IMG/VR virus record: IMGVR_UViG_3300042010_000129 | Location: 128,001 to 192,000 of that record | Source: a virus | Lineage: Duplodnaviria; Caudoviricetes | Length of the DNA stretch: 64,000 nt | Strand: one strand, 5' to 3' | Shown here: positions 18,114 through 27,069 of the stretch, piece by piece | Numbering within the stretch: position 1 is the first letter of the stretch | Layout of the letters: each line of letters starts with the position of its first letter | Made by a program: the position numbers and the translations under genes | The notes under the pieces: generated by a model | What the model saw: only the letters and a program-made list of their open reading frames with translations | What the model was told of the DNA's origin: nothing | Database searches by the model: none

Positions 18114-18515
18114 TTACTCCACGAACAGTGTGATTGTTGCAACGTCGTCACGTGCCATCTGACGTTTGATTGTGTCGCTGGTGATTTCCACCGGCAACCA
18201 ATCGCCTGCGTCTTGCTTGTATTTGATTTGGTCGGGCATCCAATAAACGATATGGATATTCGGCGCCAAATCACCCGGCAGGTTTTTGTAATACTCGATG
18301 CATTCGTCTACCCGGCCAACACCGTGGCAAACTGCAACCGCTTTGCTTGGCTTCTGGAACTCGCCCATGACGCGCAGTTGTTGCGGCAACAAATCCTGAT
18401 CGGCAACAACCACGATAAGCGACTCGAAACGCTCCAGACGCTTGCCGATGGTGTGGCCCAACAGAAACGTCGATTGTGAACGGTCGGTGCCGGTAATCAC
18501 GTTGTAGGTTTTCAT
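18114..18515 (-). CDS. degenerate P-loop-like protein
   Basis: YNVITGTDRSQSTFLL followed by LIVVVAD. Weakest of the three. Confidence 0.4.
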   Translation of the reverse strand: MKTYNVITGTDRSQSTFLLGHTIGKRLERFESLIVVVADQDLLPQQLRVMGEFQKPSKAVAVCHGVGRVDECIEYYKNLPGDLAPNIHIVYWMPDQIKYKQDAGDWLPVEITSDTIKRQMARDDVATITLFVE

Positions 18516-19219
18516 TCTGGTTTCTCCAAAAGAGTCAGACCGTGCCCATAGATTGCCTCGATTGCTTCGTATGCCTCTTCCTCAGATGCATACGTCCAAC
18601 GACCGGCAGGTTTATCACCCACATACAGCATCGAATTTTCTTGCGCCTTTTGCGGATCTACTTCGTTGACCACCAGCACCCACGCATGGAAATTCCATTC
18701 GTCTTTCCCGCCTGTGATTTTGTACGGCGTCAATTTGCTTTCGCCCTGCGCGACAGACTTGGCGAATGTGTCACCGGTAATCAGGCACACAGGGTGTTTT
18801 TTGTAACGTTCACGCTCGCGATTTTCACGCAGACGCTGACGACGCATTTTTTCTTCTTTCGCGTCGTCTTCCCGGCGTTGTTCTTTCTCAGCAGAAATGC
18901 GCAGCGTGCCCGCCGTGATTTCCTGTTCGAGTTGCTTGGCGTATTCGGTGCCGTCGAACGAACCGCTTTGACTCAGAACGCGCTTGGCTTTTACCGAAAT
19001 TGCCGGATGATCATCCAGTTTCTTTTTCGGCACCAAATCAATAACTGCGGCCAGTGCGAATTCCGCTTCGGTACGCATGTCGTTGACACGGTTCAGTCGG
19101 TTCATAACCGCTGTCTGCATTGCGAGAATAAGCGGCCCCATCCATTCCGGGTTTTCTTCGATAACGTCCATCACGTTTTGGAAGAACCGTTCTTTTTTCA
19201 TCGGATCGAAATCGTTCAT
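18512..19219 (-). CDS. hypothetical protein with charged coiled coil
   Basis: 235 aa. Confidence 0.7.
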   Translation of the reverse strand: MNDFDPMKKERFFQNVMDVIEENPEWMGPLILAMQTAVMNRLNRVNDMRTEAEFALAAVIDLVPKKKLDDHPAISVKAKRVLSQSGSFDGTEYAKQLEQEITAGTLRISAEKEQRREDDAKEEKMRRQRLRENRERERYKKHPVCLITGDTFAKSVAQGESKLTPYKITGGKDEWNFHAWVLVVNEVDPQKAQENSMLYVGDKPAGRWTYASEEEAYEAIEAIYGHGLTLLEKPE

Positions 19220-19827
19220 TCTTCGGCTTCCTCTTCTTCCAGTGTCCCTAACAAATCGGCGTGGTGCCGGGACATGTGTTCGCTAATGTTCGCCATCAGT
19301 GCAGCGGTCATTTCGAGAAACCGTTTGGTGAAGGCACGCTCTTTATACAGGAACAGCTGACGGTCGCGCTGGTCACGCAGGCCACGCCACAACCTCACCA
19401 GATCCTGCGGTTTATTTTCTTCGATGAATTCACACAGCAATTTGTGCAAACCTTTTCTGTACCATTCCACCATTATTTCGGTGTCGTGGTCACGGTCGTA
19501 ATCACCCAGTGTCACAGGCAACACTAGACGCCAGCGCTCAGGTGCCGACGCAATGAAATCAATTGCAGCCACCGCGCCGTTGCCATAACCGAGGCGAATC
19601 AGTGCATCACGTTCGTCGAAGGCTTCCACAGAATCCATCTGCGAATTCTTGCTGCGCCAGTGAACCCACCACGTGCCCAGCGTGCGAATTTCAGTGTTGC
19701 CGTTTTTCATCGACAGGCGCAGGTCGCCCAACCGGGTAAAGAAACTGATTTCTTCAGCCGTTGGATTTTGGTAATTCTTCAGGTCGAAATGCGCCAGCAA
19801 ATCGTCAATCAACTTTTCGTGATTCAC
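19216..19827 (-). CDS. hypothetical protein
   Basis: GTG start overlapping the upstream TGA. Confidence 0.65.
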   Translation of the reverse strand: MNHEKLIDDLLAHFDLKNYQNPTAEEISFFTRLGDLRLSMKNGNTEIRTLGTWWVHWRSKNSQMDSVEAFDERDALIRLGYGNGAVAAIDFIASAPERWRLVLPVTLGDYDRDHDTEIMVEWYRKGLHKLLCEFIEENKPQDLVRLWRGLRDQRDRQLFLYKERAFTKRFLEMTAALMANISEHMSRHHADLLGTLEEEEAEE

Positions 19828-20594
19828 TTGCCGTTCTCCACATTCATTTTCACGTCGTGTGTACGAACCAGAACCCACACCTTCGTCGGCTCGACTTTGA
19901 TTTCCGGCAAAACGTAATTGCTGGTAATCGAATAATGCTCAAGCGCCGGAACGAAAGTGAATGGGCCACCTTCGATGAAATTGCCGTGTGCTTCAGGTGC
20001 GTGCCCATCGACGTAAACCTGCCCGACAGGCGAACCGAGGGAAAGCGTCATGTTGTTGAAATGGTGGTGCGCCACACGTTCGCTTTCGTGAGTGTTGTAG
20101 CAATTGTCCACCACGAAATAATCGTGACCGGCCAGAAATTTGTAGAACGTATTCTGACCCAAGCGATTCAATTTCACCCACGCCTGAATACCGATACGAA
20201 TTGCGTTGTCGTGGCCCTGCGCCTCGCGTGTGTAGATCGTGAATTCGATCCACTCCGGGGCTTTGGTGATATCCCGAACGAAGTTGGCGTACAGCGCACA
20301 GCAGCACGCCAGACGCAGGTAATCTTCGACCGCTTTCGTTTCTTCGTCGGTGGTCGGCACGTGCAACTGTTCGTGCCAATCCCAATCAATACCATCGCCG
20401 TGGGTTTCCACTTTCTTGCGGTACACGTTGATCGTGTTTTTGTTGAACTTGATGCGGACGCCTTCCGCCTGAATCAGACAGCCCCAGCGCGACGGTTCAT
20501 TCTCGAACGGAACTGCACGCGCCGTGAAATATTCCAGCACGAAATTAATGTGTTTTTGTAGCGGATGTGGTGCAGTCATTCTCATACGTCCCAT
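19824..20594 (-). CDS. hypothetical protein, probable paralog of 20582..21346
   Basis: LQKH...RAVPFENE...EGVRIKF. Confidence 0.65.
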   Translation of the reverse strand: MGRMRMTAPHPLQKHINFVLEYFTARAVPFENEPSRWGCLIQAEGVRIKFNKNTINVYRKKVETHGDGIDWDWHEQLHVPTTDEETKAVEDYLRLACCCALYANFVRDITKAPEWIEFTIYTREAQGHDNAIRIGIQAWVKLNRLGQNTFYKFLAGHDYFVVDNCYNTHESERVAHHHFNNMTLSLGSPVGQVYVDGHAPEAHGNFIEGGPFTFVPALEHYSITSNYVLPEIKVEPTKVWVLVRTHDVKMNVENGK

Positions 20595-21346
20595 TCATGA
20601 GGAAAAATAAGCGGCAGCGGCATTTGATCGCGTGGAACGAGTACGAGGAAATTATCCTGCATTACGCGGCCCTCTACGATTTGAATGCCTACGGCTTCGC
20701 ATTCTTCTTTGTTGTTCACGACCATTTTCTGACGACGCTCAAACCACGCCAGCACCATGTTCGTATCGACCGGCAAATAATCGAAAGGCTTGTAGGCACT
20801 TTCTGCAAATACTTGGAACGGCCCCTGATTCAATTTCGTGAAGTCTTTTTGCTTGCGCAAGAAAGGCTTTTTCACGCCGACGAATTTCGCCTTTGTTCCT
20901 GAGTCACTGATCACGCGCCGGTAAGCTTCGTGATTGGTGTTCAGGCCACGCACGCGGTACAGGGCATAGATGCTTATATAATCTGCATCGTCCCAATACT
21001 TGCGGCCCTTCAGGAAAGAACGCTCGCCAACTGCAAACACGATTTCCGGAACATTGAAGCCCGGCATTGTGCGCCAGCGTCGGAACTCCTGCGCGATATC
21101 CGCAACGCCTGTCAGCGCTTCGAGTGCAGTATCGGAATAGCGAAACTTCCCGATAATAATTGGCCCCATCGTTGCGAGATTTACGATGTGGTCAGAATAC
21201 GCGTAGGCTCGAATCACGTATTCGGTTGCGGTGAACGTGACAGACAGCCCATCGGTCGCGACTTCATTTTCAGAATCCGCAAACGGCACCGTGCGACCAT
21301 CCAGCAGGTCAATAAAGTGCTGCTGAAATTGTTTATCCTTATCCAT
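20582..21346 (-). CDS. hypothetical protein, probable paralog of 19824..20594
   Basis: FQQH...RTVPFADSENE...DGLSVTF. Confidence 0.65.
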   Translation of the reverse strand: MDKDKQFQQHFIDLLDGRTVPFADSENEVATDGLSVTFTATEYVIRAYAYSDHIVNLATMGPIIIGKFRYSDTALEALTGVADIAQEFRRWRTMPGFNVPEIVFAVGERSFLKGRKYWDDADYISIYALYRVRGLNTNHEAYRRVISDSGTKAKFVGVKKPFLRKQKDFTKLNQGPFQVFAESAYKPFDYLPVDTNMVLAWFERRQKMVVNNKEECEAVGIQIVEGRVMQDNFLVLVPRDQMPLPLIFPHEWDV

Positions 21347-22448
21347 TGTTCACGTCCATAAGTTTGGCGATCACGTTGTAGAAATCGCTGATTTCGATTC
21401 GGTTCGCCGTGTGCAGTTCTTTACGAACAAACGCGCCGTTCTTTTCCATCACGAAAATCAGATAGGCCTGATTGTGATGATCCATTGCCGTGACCAGAAC
21501 GCCCTTGTGGTTAGGGCAATCATGGCGCACCACTTCGAATTCGTTGGTGCTGCGAACGAACGCGACCAAACGATCATCAGGGCAGTACGTCAGGCGCTCT
21601 TTAAGGCCTTCTATGGCCGCGTAACCAACGCCGTCGTGAATTCCCATCAGTCCGTTGTGCGGTGCGCCTGTAATCGCTTGCAGAACGAAACCCACAATGT
21701 CTTGACCTCGGGTTGGCAAATCGAATTGACTCACGTCGCCATGCGCCGTTTCGATCAGCACGCTTTTACTCGACTTGCGGTATTTGATCGTTACGTTGCC
21801 ACCGATTGTCCAGACGGTGCCGACGCCTTCGGGCCAGTATTCGAATTCACGATCATGCAACGCCGCGCAATGTTCCAGCGCACGCGATAACTCGTCTTCG
21901 TTTTTCGGTATGCCGCCAAAATCTGCGATAAACGATTTCCAGCGTTCCAGAAACTGCGCCATTTTTTGTGCGCGGTATCCGTCTTTAAACAGGCTGCGCA
22001 ATTCCATCACGGCGTTTGCCAGCAGCAAATGTTTTGCAGCCACCGGCACACGCACAGGACGCACAGTGTCATCGACCACCACGCCGTTTGCCACGCTGAG
22101 CATCGGCAATTCCCCACGCACAAATTTCATGAGGTTACGAACGTGCAGACCGGCCCACGGAAATACGACGGCTTGCATTGTGTGTTGCCGGTGAACTTGT
22201 GCCATGTCGTACAGGTGGTTCATGAGGCCGTGCGCAACAGCGGTCGGATTGTAGATATCGAAAGGCTCACCGACTTTCGGAAACACGTTGCCGAAAATGG
22301 TGCGGTTCTTGCGCCCGAATTTATCGAACACCTCAACGCAGAAATTCGCGGGCTTATGCATATTGTCCTCGAACACCACGTCGTACATTTCGTGAAACCC
22401 GCGATGGTCGGTAGCCATTTCCAAAACTTGATGCGGAGACAGGTTCAT
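21339..22448 (-). CDS. hypothetical protein
   Basis: 369 aa, ATGA-coupled. Confidence 0.7.
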   Translation of the reverse strand: MNLSPHQVLEMATDHRGFHEMYDVVFEDNMHKPANFCVEVFDKFGRKNRTIFGNVFPKVGEPFDIYNPTAVAHGLMNHLYDMAQVHRQHTMQAVVFPWAGLHVRNLMKFVRGELPMLSVANGVVVDDTVRPVRVPVAAKHLLLANAVMELRSLFKDGYRAQKMAQFLERWKSFIADFGGIPKNEDELSRALEHCAALHDREFEYWPEGVGTVWTIGGNVTIKYRKSSKSVLIETAHGDVSQFDLPTRGQDIVGFVLQAITGAPHNGLMGIHDGVGYAAIEGLKERLTYCPDDRLVAFVRSTNEFEVVRHDCPNHKGVLVTAMDHHNQAYLIFVMEKNGAFVRKELHTANRIEISDFYNVIAKLMDVNNG

Positions 22449-22849
22449 GCAGATTGTTCCTTATATTCGTCTTCGAAGGATTCGCGAAGCCCGGTGGCCT
22501 CGGCTAATTTTTGATCCCAATTTCGCAGATAGGTATTTTCGTTACCTATGTGAATCATTTGGGGTTTCCCGGTAACTGGATTGCACACCGCAAAGCGATG
22601 CTTAATCTGGTTGCCGTCTTTCACCGTGTAATGCGTGATGCCCACGGGAAGCTCACTCGTTTTATTTGAGCGAGCTTTTGTTTCGAGTTTACGCGGTGGT
22701 GCGTCTTCAGGTTCGATTTCGCGCACAGCAGCGGCATACGACTGCTCACGGCTACCGAAATCAATATCTAAAAACTTTGTGCGCTGGGTTCCAAAGCGCT
22801 CGGGGATATACCATCCGGTTTGAATGGCGTTACGATAAATCTTTTTCAT
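22445..22849 (-). CDS. hypothetical protein, possibly AP2-like DNA-binding
   Basis: LPVGI...F.V..P...I.IG...L.EA..LR resembles AP2-like beta-sheet domains. Confidence 0.4.
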   Translation of the reverse strand: MKKIYRNAIQTGWYIPERFGTQRTKFLDIDFGSREQSYAAAVREIEPEDAPPRKLETKARSNKTSELPVGITHYTVKDGNQIKHRFAVCNPVTGKPQMIHIGNENTYLRNWDQKLAEATGLRESFEDEYKEQSA

Positions 22850-23478
22850 GGTTTGGCATAATATACACTCGCTTCGTGGGCCGGAATAACGGCACTCATA
22901 AAATCACCCGTGGGCGAAGTGAAAACGTCGAGGCGCCTGAATTCTTCTTCAAGCTCTTCGATTTGTTGGCGATTCTCCATCTGCACCACGAATGCATTTT
23001 CACGCACCGGGCACAGCGTCCAGCAATAACGGTCGGTGCGCAAATGATTGCGCCGCGTGTCGATCCAGATTTTCTTTCCTGCACCGTCACCAACGTAGGC
23101 GTAACGACGCGCCTCGGGCACGTGGTCAAGATCCACGCCCAACACATCAATAAACTTACGGCGGAACTTAGGCGAGACTACAGACGCCCCACGCACCCAT
23201 TTAGAACGCGTCTCGGGTTTGCATACAAGGTCGAGGTTCACACCCTGCCGTTGCAGTTCGAGAATGTGGTAAGCGTACAGGGCCAACCGCCATTCATTTT
23301 CGAAGTCGTCTAGAACGCTAAGCGCTTTAACCTCTTCCAACGGCGGCAAATACATTCCCGTGCCGTATGCGTGCAGCGTTGCAGTTGCACGCTCAACAGA
23401 CCAATCCATTTTGGCAGCGAAAGGATCGACGATAGAACGATTGCCTGCCATAGCACCAATCGACGAATAAAACATCAT
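22846..23478 (-). CDS. hypothetical protein
   Basis: 210 aa, GAGG RBS. Confidence 0.7.
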   Translation of the reverse strand: MMFYSSIGAMAGNRSIVDPFAAKMDWSVERATATLHAYGTGMYLPPLEEVKALSVLDDFENEWRLALYAYHILELQRQGVNLDLVCKPETRSKWVRGASVVSPKFRRKFIDVLGVDLDHVPEARRYAYVGDGAGKKIWIDTRRNHLRTDRYCWTLCPVRENAFVVQMENRQQIEELEEEFRRLDVFTSPTGDFMSAVIPAHEASVYYAKP

Positions 23479-23528
23479 GAAAAACCCTCTGATCCCGATT
23501 TGGTTTCTTAAAAAATTTACTGCCGTGT

Positions 23529-23563
23529 AAAAAATAAATGGGCCACCTATCCAAGCATGGCCC
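23529..23563 (-). terminator. intrinsic terminator
   Basis: GGGCCA-12 nt-TGGCCC followed by ATTTATTTTTT. Confidence 0.75.
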
Positions 23564-23569
23564 GGCGCG

Positions 23570-25072
23570 TCAGACGAAAGTCACGCTGTTCATAAAGAAC
23601 GAATCGTCATCAGGGCTGATACCTGTTTCCGGATGGAAATTCGATTCGGCTTCCGCGCTGATCGGCAGATGCATCACGTTATGTTCATCGACATAAATGC
23701 CGTGGATATTCAGAATCGCACGACCAGCATTCAAATTGCCTTGGTGTTCACGCAGACTGGCAACGCCGCGATGTGGGCCGTTGTCATAAACTTTGTTGTC
23801 CAGATAATAAACGCGGAAATTCATTTCATGAACAGACATTCTGTATTCGTCGAACGCGCCCGCCGAATCCTCACGTTCGAACAAAACGCCGCGTGGTGCG
23901 CCAGCCGCCAGCAACAAAAATTCTGCTGCTGTAAAATGCGCGCCGTTGTCCGTCAGACGAATCGACTTACCCGGCAACGACGACATGAACGCAGACGGGT
24001 TTTGCGGAATGTCTTGGATGATTTCGAATTCCATCCCGGCAACGGCCTTGCGGTCGAAGCCTACGCCTTTCAGAACGGTTTCCAGTTGATCACCGCTCAG
24101 GGTATCGAAGTAATGGAAAACACGCTCTACGGCGTCCTGTAGGCTCGCTGTAGTGGCGAAGAACGAATAGCCTTGCTTGTCCTCGCCTACGATCACTTCT
24201 ACGCGATCCTTGCGCACCACGGCGCGGAATACGCTGGTGATGAAAGTCCACGAAAGATCGCGAACGTCAGCGGCGTTATTTGCATAATGACGGAACGTGG
24301 TCGGCCACAATTCCAACATTGCCCGGAACGCTTTGAGTTGCGACAGACTTTCGTAATCTTGAAAATCGACGTGCTGCACATTGCGTTCGTAATCGTCGGT
24401 CAGGTAATGCACCCGATTCAAATCGCGCTCGGTGAACAGGTCGTAAACTTCATCACCGGCAGAATATGCAGGAAGCACTTTCTTTTTCGGTGGCTGTTGG
24501 AATTCGTCGATTTCCAGCGGCGAACCTTCGCACAGGTAAATGCCTTGGCTCTCCAGTTCCTCTAACGTTTCGTCGCTAGGAGTTGCCACTTCGTCACGCC
24601 AGTTTTTAATCGACTGCGCGCTGTACAGCTTTTGCACCAATGCGATTTGATCCGCCGACAACTGACTGAGGTTGTAGCTAATCAACGCACGGCGATATGC
24701 GCGGTTCACGTCCTGCCTGCTGCAACTGCTCATTGCAATAAGCATATCGTTGGTGATGTGGCGGATTGCGTCCGGTTTTTCACCTTCGGCATAGTCGATA
24801 TACAGACGCGCCGAATCCATGTCATCGAAAGCACCCGCGTAATTTTTCAGCGCCGAGTGTTGCTCATTCCACAGTTTGCGGAATTGCAGAGGCTTTGCCT
24901 TTTTGATCGGGGCCGACGCAAAGGATTCAGTCGGGCGCACCAGACGACCTTTTGCGACAGGCTTTGTCTTTACAGGTTTTTTCTCGACGACAGGTTTTGC
25001 AGCCGCTGGCTTTTTAACAACCGCTTTCTTTTCAGTTGGCGATTTGGTCACTGGGTTAGATTTTGCAGCCAT
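23570..25072 (-). CDS. 500-aa hypothetical protein with K/P/A-rich (H1/AlgP-like) N-terminus
   Basis: KKAVVKKPAAAKPVVEKKPVKTKP. Strong AGGAG RBS and its own downstream terminator. Confidence 0.75.
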   Translation of the reverse strand: MAAKSNPVTKSPTEKKAVVKKPAAAKPVVEKKPVKTKPVAKGRLVRPTESFASAPIKKAKPLQFRKLWNEQHSALKNYAGAFDDMDSARLYIDYAEGEKPDAIRHITNDMLIAMSSCSRQDVNRAYRRALISYNLSQLSADQIALVQKLYSAQSIKNWRDEVATPSDETLEELESQGIYLCEGSPLEIDEFQQPPKKKVLPAYSAGDEVYDLFTERDLNRVHYLTDDYERNVQHVDFQDYESLSQLKAFRAMLELWPTTFRHYANNAADVRDLSWTFITSVFRAVVRKDRVEVIVGEDKQGYSFFATTASLQDAVERVFHYFDTLSGDQLETVLKGVGFDRKAVAGMEFEIIQDIPQNPSAFMSSLPGKSIRLTDNGAHFTAAEFLLLAAGAPRGVLFEREDSAGAFDEYRMSVHEMNFRVYYLDNKVYDNGPHRGVASLREHQGNLNAGRAILNIHGIYVDEHNVMHLPISAEAESNFHPETGISPDDDSFFMNSVTFV

Positions 25073-25092
25073 TGGGTGTTTCTCCTAAAGGC

Positions 25093-25115
25093 GGGGGCCG
25101 CGTTGGCATGCCCCC
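25093..25115 (-). promoter_or_regulatory. GC hairpin directly before the RBS
   Basis: GGGGGC ATGC CAAC GCG GCCCCC-GCCTTT-AGGAG. Confidence 0.5.
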
Positions 25116-25126
25116 TGTTCGGTATT

Positions 25127-25933
25127 TTAGTTTTTGACTTCTTGCGCTGCCAGTTCGGCAAAGCGCGAATCAATCGTGCAGAGATATTTCAAGATACGTT
25201 TCGGGAAATTCAGAACCGAAACCGCACCGCTGTAGATTTCATGCGACGACGATTGACCGCTGTTCATGTCGTGGAAGAACAGGAGTTCGCCAACCGTCAT
25301 TTTGTAATAACGAGTGTGGCCGTAATTTGGCACACGCTCTTGCAGACGTTTCCACGCTGCATCCGAACCACGCCCAAGCATGAGCAATTCGAATTCGTTT
25401 TTGCTTACAACAGTCAACACATGCACGTTGCCGAAACGGGTCACGGTGTTTTCAAACCAGCGCGCACGGAATTCCTGATCAACAAGGGCCTGCACATATT
25501 CAATGCGCTCGCCAGTTTCGTCAGCGATGATTGCCATTTGCTCGGCAGTAGGAACAAACGTGCCGTTGTGGCGGAACAATTGTTCGCGCAGATTTGGAAG
25601 CGGCAACGATTTAAACGTTTCCATGTACAGGTTCACAAAGTCGGTGAACGGTGTCGCGGTTTCCGCTTCGTCGAAATACTCGCCAACCTGATAAACGTGC
25701 GAACGTTCAACGCGGGTTTTCTTTCCACGGATCAGCCATTGCTTGGCAACGCCCAACTGGCGAACGTCGAGCATTGTCCAAACATTCGGGCACGCCTGAT
25801 TAAAAAGCAGGTCGGCTTCCTCACGGGACAACGCAATTACGTGCGCTTCCATTTTCTTCACCACGGTATCCAACACGGTGAAAATGTAGTGGAACGAATA
25901 AAGCGAGCTAGTGGTACGTGCATTTGCAGCCAT
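25127..25933 (-). CDS. hypothetical protein
   Basis: 268 aa. Confidence 0.7.
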   Translation of the reverse strand: MAANARTTSSLYSFHYIFTVLDTVVKKMEAHVIALSREEADLLFNQACPNVWTMLDVRQLGVAKQWLIRGKKTRVERSHVYQVGEYFDEAETATPFTDFVNLYMETFKSLPLPNLREQLFRHNGTFVPTAEQMAIIADETGERIEYVQALVDQEFRARWFENTVTRFGNVHVLTVVSKNEFELLMLGRGSDAAWKRLQERVPNYGHTRYYKMTVGELLFFHDMNSGQSSSHEIYSGAVSVLNFPKRILKYLCTIDSRFAELAAQEVKN

Positions 25934-25952
25934 TGATGAAACCTCGTAGGGG

Positions 25953-26204
25953 CTAGTAGAAACACAAAAGAAGAAACAGCAGACCGAACATCACCATATT
26001 GGCGCGTTCGACTTTGGTTGTGCTTGGATCGGTGGCGCGTCCAACAAAGAACAGCGCAACCACACAAACCAGAAAACCGATGATACCTATCACAGCGTGC
26101 GCCGTTGGAATGCGTAACGCAGTTCCAAACAGCACTATAAGCAGCCCCACAAAACCATAGTGGGGGCGCATCCATACAGCATGCCTAGCTTTCATTGTAC
26201 CCAT
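25953..26204 (-). CDS. small three-TM membrane protein
   Basis: Three hydrophobic segments. The AAGGGA RBS lies within the upstream RNA stem. Confidence 0.7.
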   Translation of the reverse strand: MGTMKARHAVWMRPHYGFVGLLIVLFGTALRIPTAHAVIGIIGFLVCVVALFFVGRATDPSTTKVERANMVMFGLLFLLLCFY

Positions 26205-26212
26205 CGAAACTT

Positions 26213-26312
26213 CCCTTAATCCGTGAGGGTTGTAAGACCGGGCAGCGAATGCCCAGCCGCCATACTGGCATCGCTAGGCGTCCGGTGTCAAGTTCTCCAC
26301 ACGGATCAAGGG
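26213..26312 (-). ncRNA. putative structured cis-regulatory RNA (long imperfect hairpin)
   Basis: 13-bp closing stem CCCUUGAUCCGUG/CACGGAUUAAGGG, inner stems ACCGG/CCGGU, GCCUAGC/GCUGGGC and GCCA/UGGC. The mismatches become G-U pairs on the minus (transcribed) strand. Confidence 0.6.
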
Positions 26313-26339
26313 TTTAGGCTCTGAAGCTGCTGTATGGCG

Positions 26340-26798
26340 TTAGGCGTCGGTAGCCTCGGCAAGCAGGGCCGCGACCTTTGCCAGCTTCACGGCTTCGTGC
26401 TGCTCGGGCGACATGATCGAGGCCAACCCGGCGTCGATATCGAACCACTGACGTTTGCGCAGTTCGAACTCTTCCCAACTCACATACGACAGGAAAGAGG
26501 CGCGATAGAAAATCTCACGCTGAATCTTTTCGTCGTGGGTATCAGTTGCCGGGTAATGCAAAACTTCGTCGTAAATCTTTTCGTGCAGTTGAATGCCGAC
26601 GCCTGCCTCTTCAGCATATTCCTTCTTGGCGTTTTCTTCAGGCGTCAAACCTTCCTCGACGCCACCTTTCGGCAAAACCCACAGGCCGGGGAATTTCAAA
26701 GACGTGACCAGCATCACTTTCGAAAGGGTGTTATCCAGCATCACGGCGCCGGAAGTGGTACGGGTGTAATTCAGGTTTTCAGATTTTTGAACGAACAT
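26340..26798 (-). CDS. Nudix hydrolase (Ap4A/DIPP-like)
   Basis: Nudix box WVLPKGGVEEGLTPEENAKKEYAEEAGV, with C-terminal W.E...RKRQWF. Confidence 0.88.
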   Translation of the reverse strand: MFVQKSENLNYTRTTSGAVMLDNTLSKVMLVTSLKFPGLWVLPKGGVEEGLTPEENAKKEYAEEAGVGIQLHEKIYDEVLHYPATDTHDEKIQREIFYRASFLSYVSWEEFELRKRQWFDIDAGLASIMSPEQHEAVKLAKVAALLAEATDA

Positions 26799-26823
26799 GC
26801 GTATTCCTTAAATGGTCAGCGAA

Positions 26824-27069
26824 TTAATAACGTGCAGAGTTTTGGCGAGCGGCCTGCGCCAGCATCACAAGGTTTTCCAGATCGTCGAAACCTTGCCAGC
26901 CCTTGCCGTTGTGAATTTCCATCCCGGCCACCACGTCAGTTTTGCACACGTGGTCAGAAAGATCAGAGCGATACGATTCCTCGGATTCGTTTTCGAGCGG
27001 GGCACGGAAGCCATACATTTGTGCAGCGCCTGCCAACTGCGTCATATCTTTGAATTTGGTACGCATCAA
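26824..27069 (-). CDS. hypothetical protein
   Basis: 81 aa. Confidence 0.6.
   Translation of the reverse strand: MMRTKFKDMTQLAGAAQMYGFRAPLENESEESYRSDLSDHVCKTDVVAGMEIHNGKGWQGFDDLENLVMLAQAARQNSARY

Noticed and set aside
26213-26312. tRNA or self-cleaving ribozyme call for the structured RNA
   Set aside because: No cloverleaf, TTCGA T-loop or CCA end, and no hammerhead, pistol or twister core on either strand. Kept as an unknown structured RNA.
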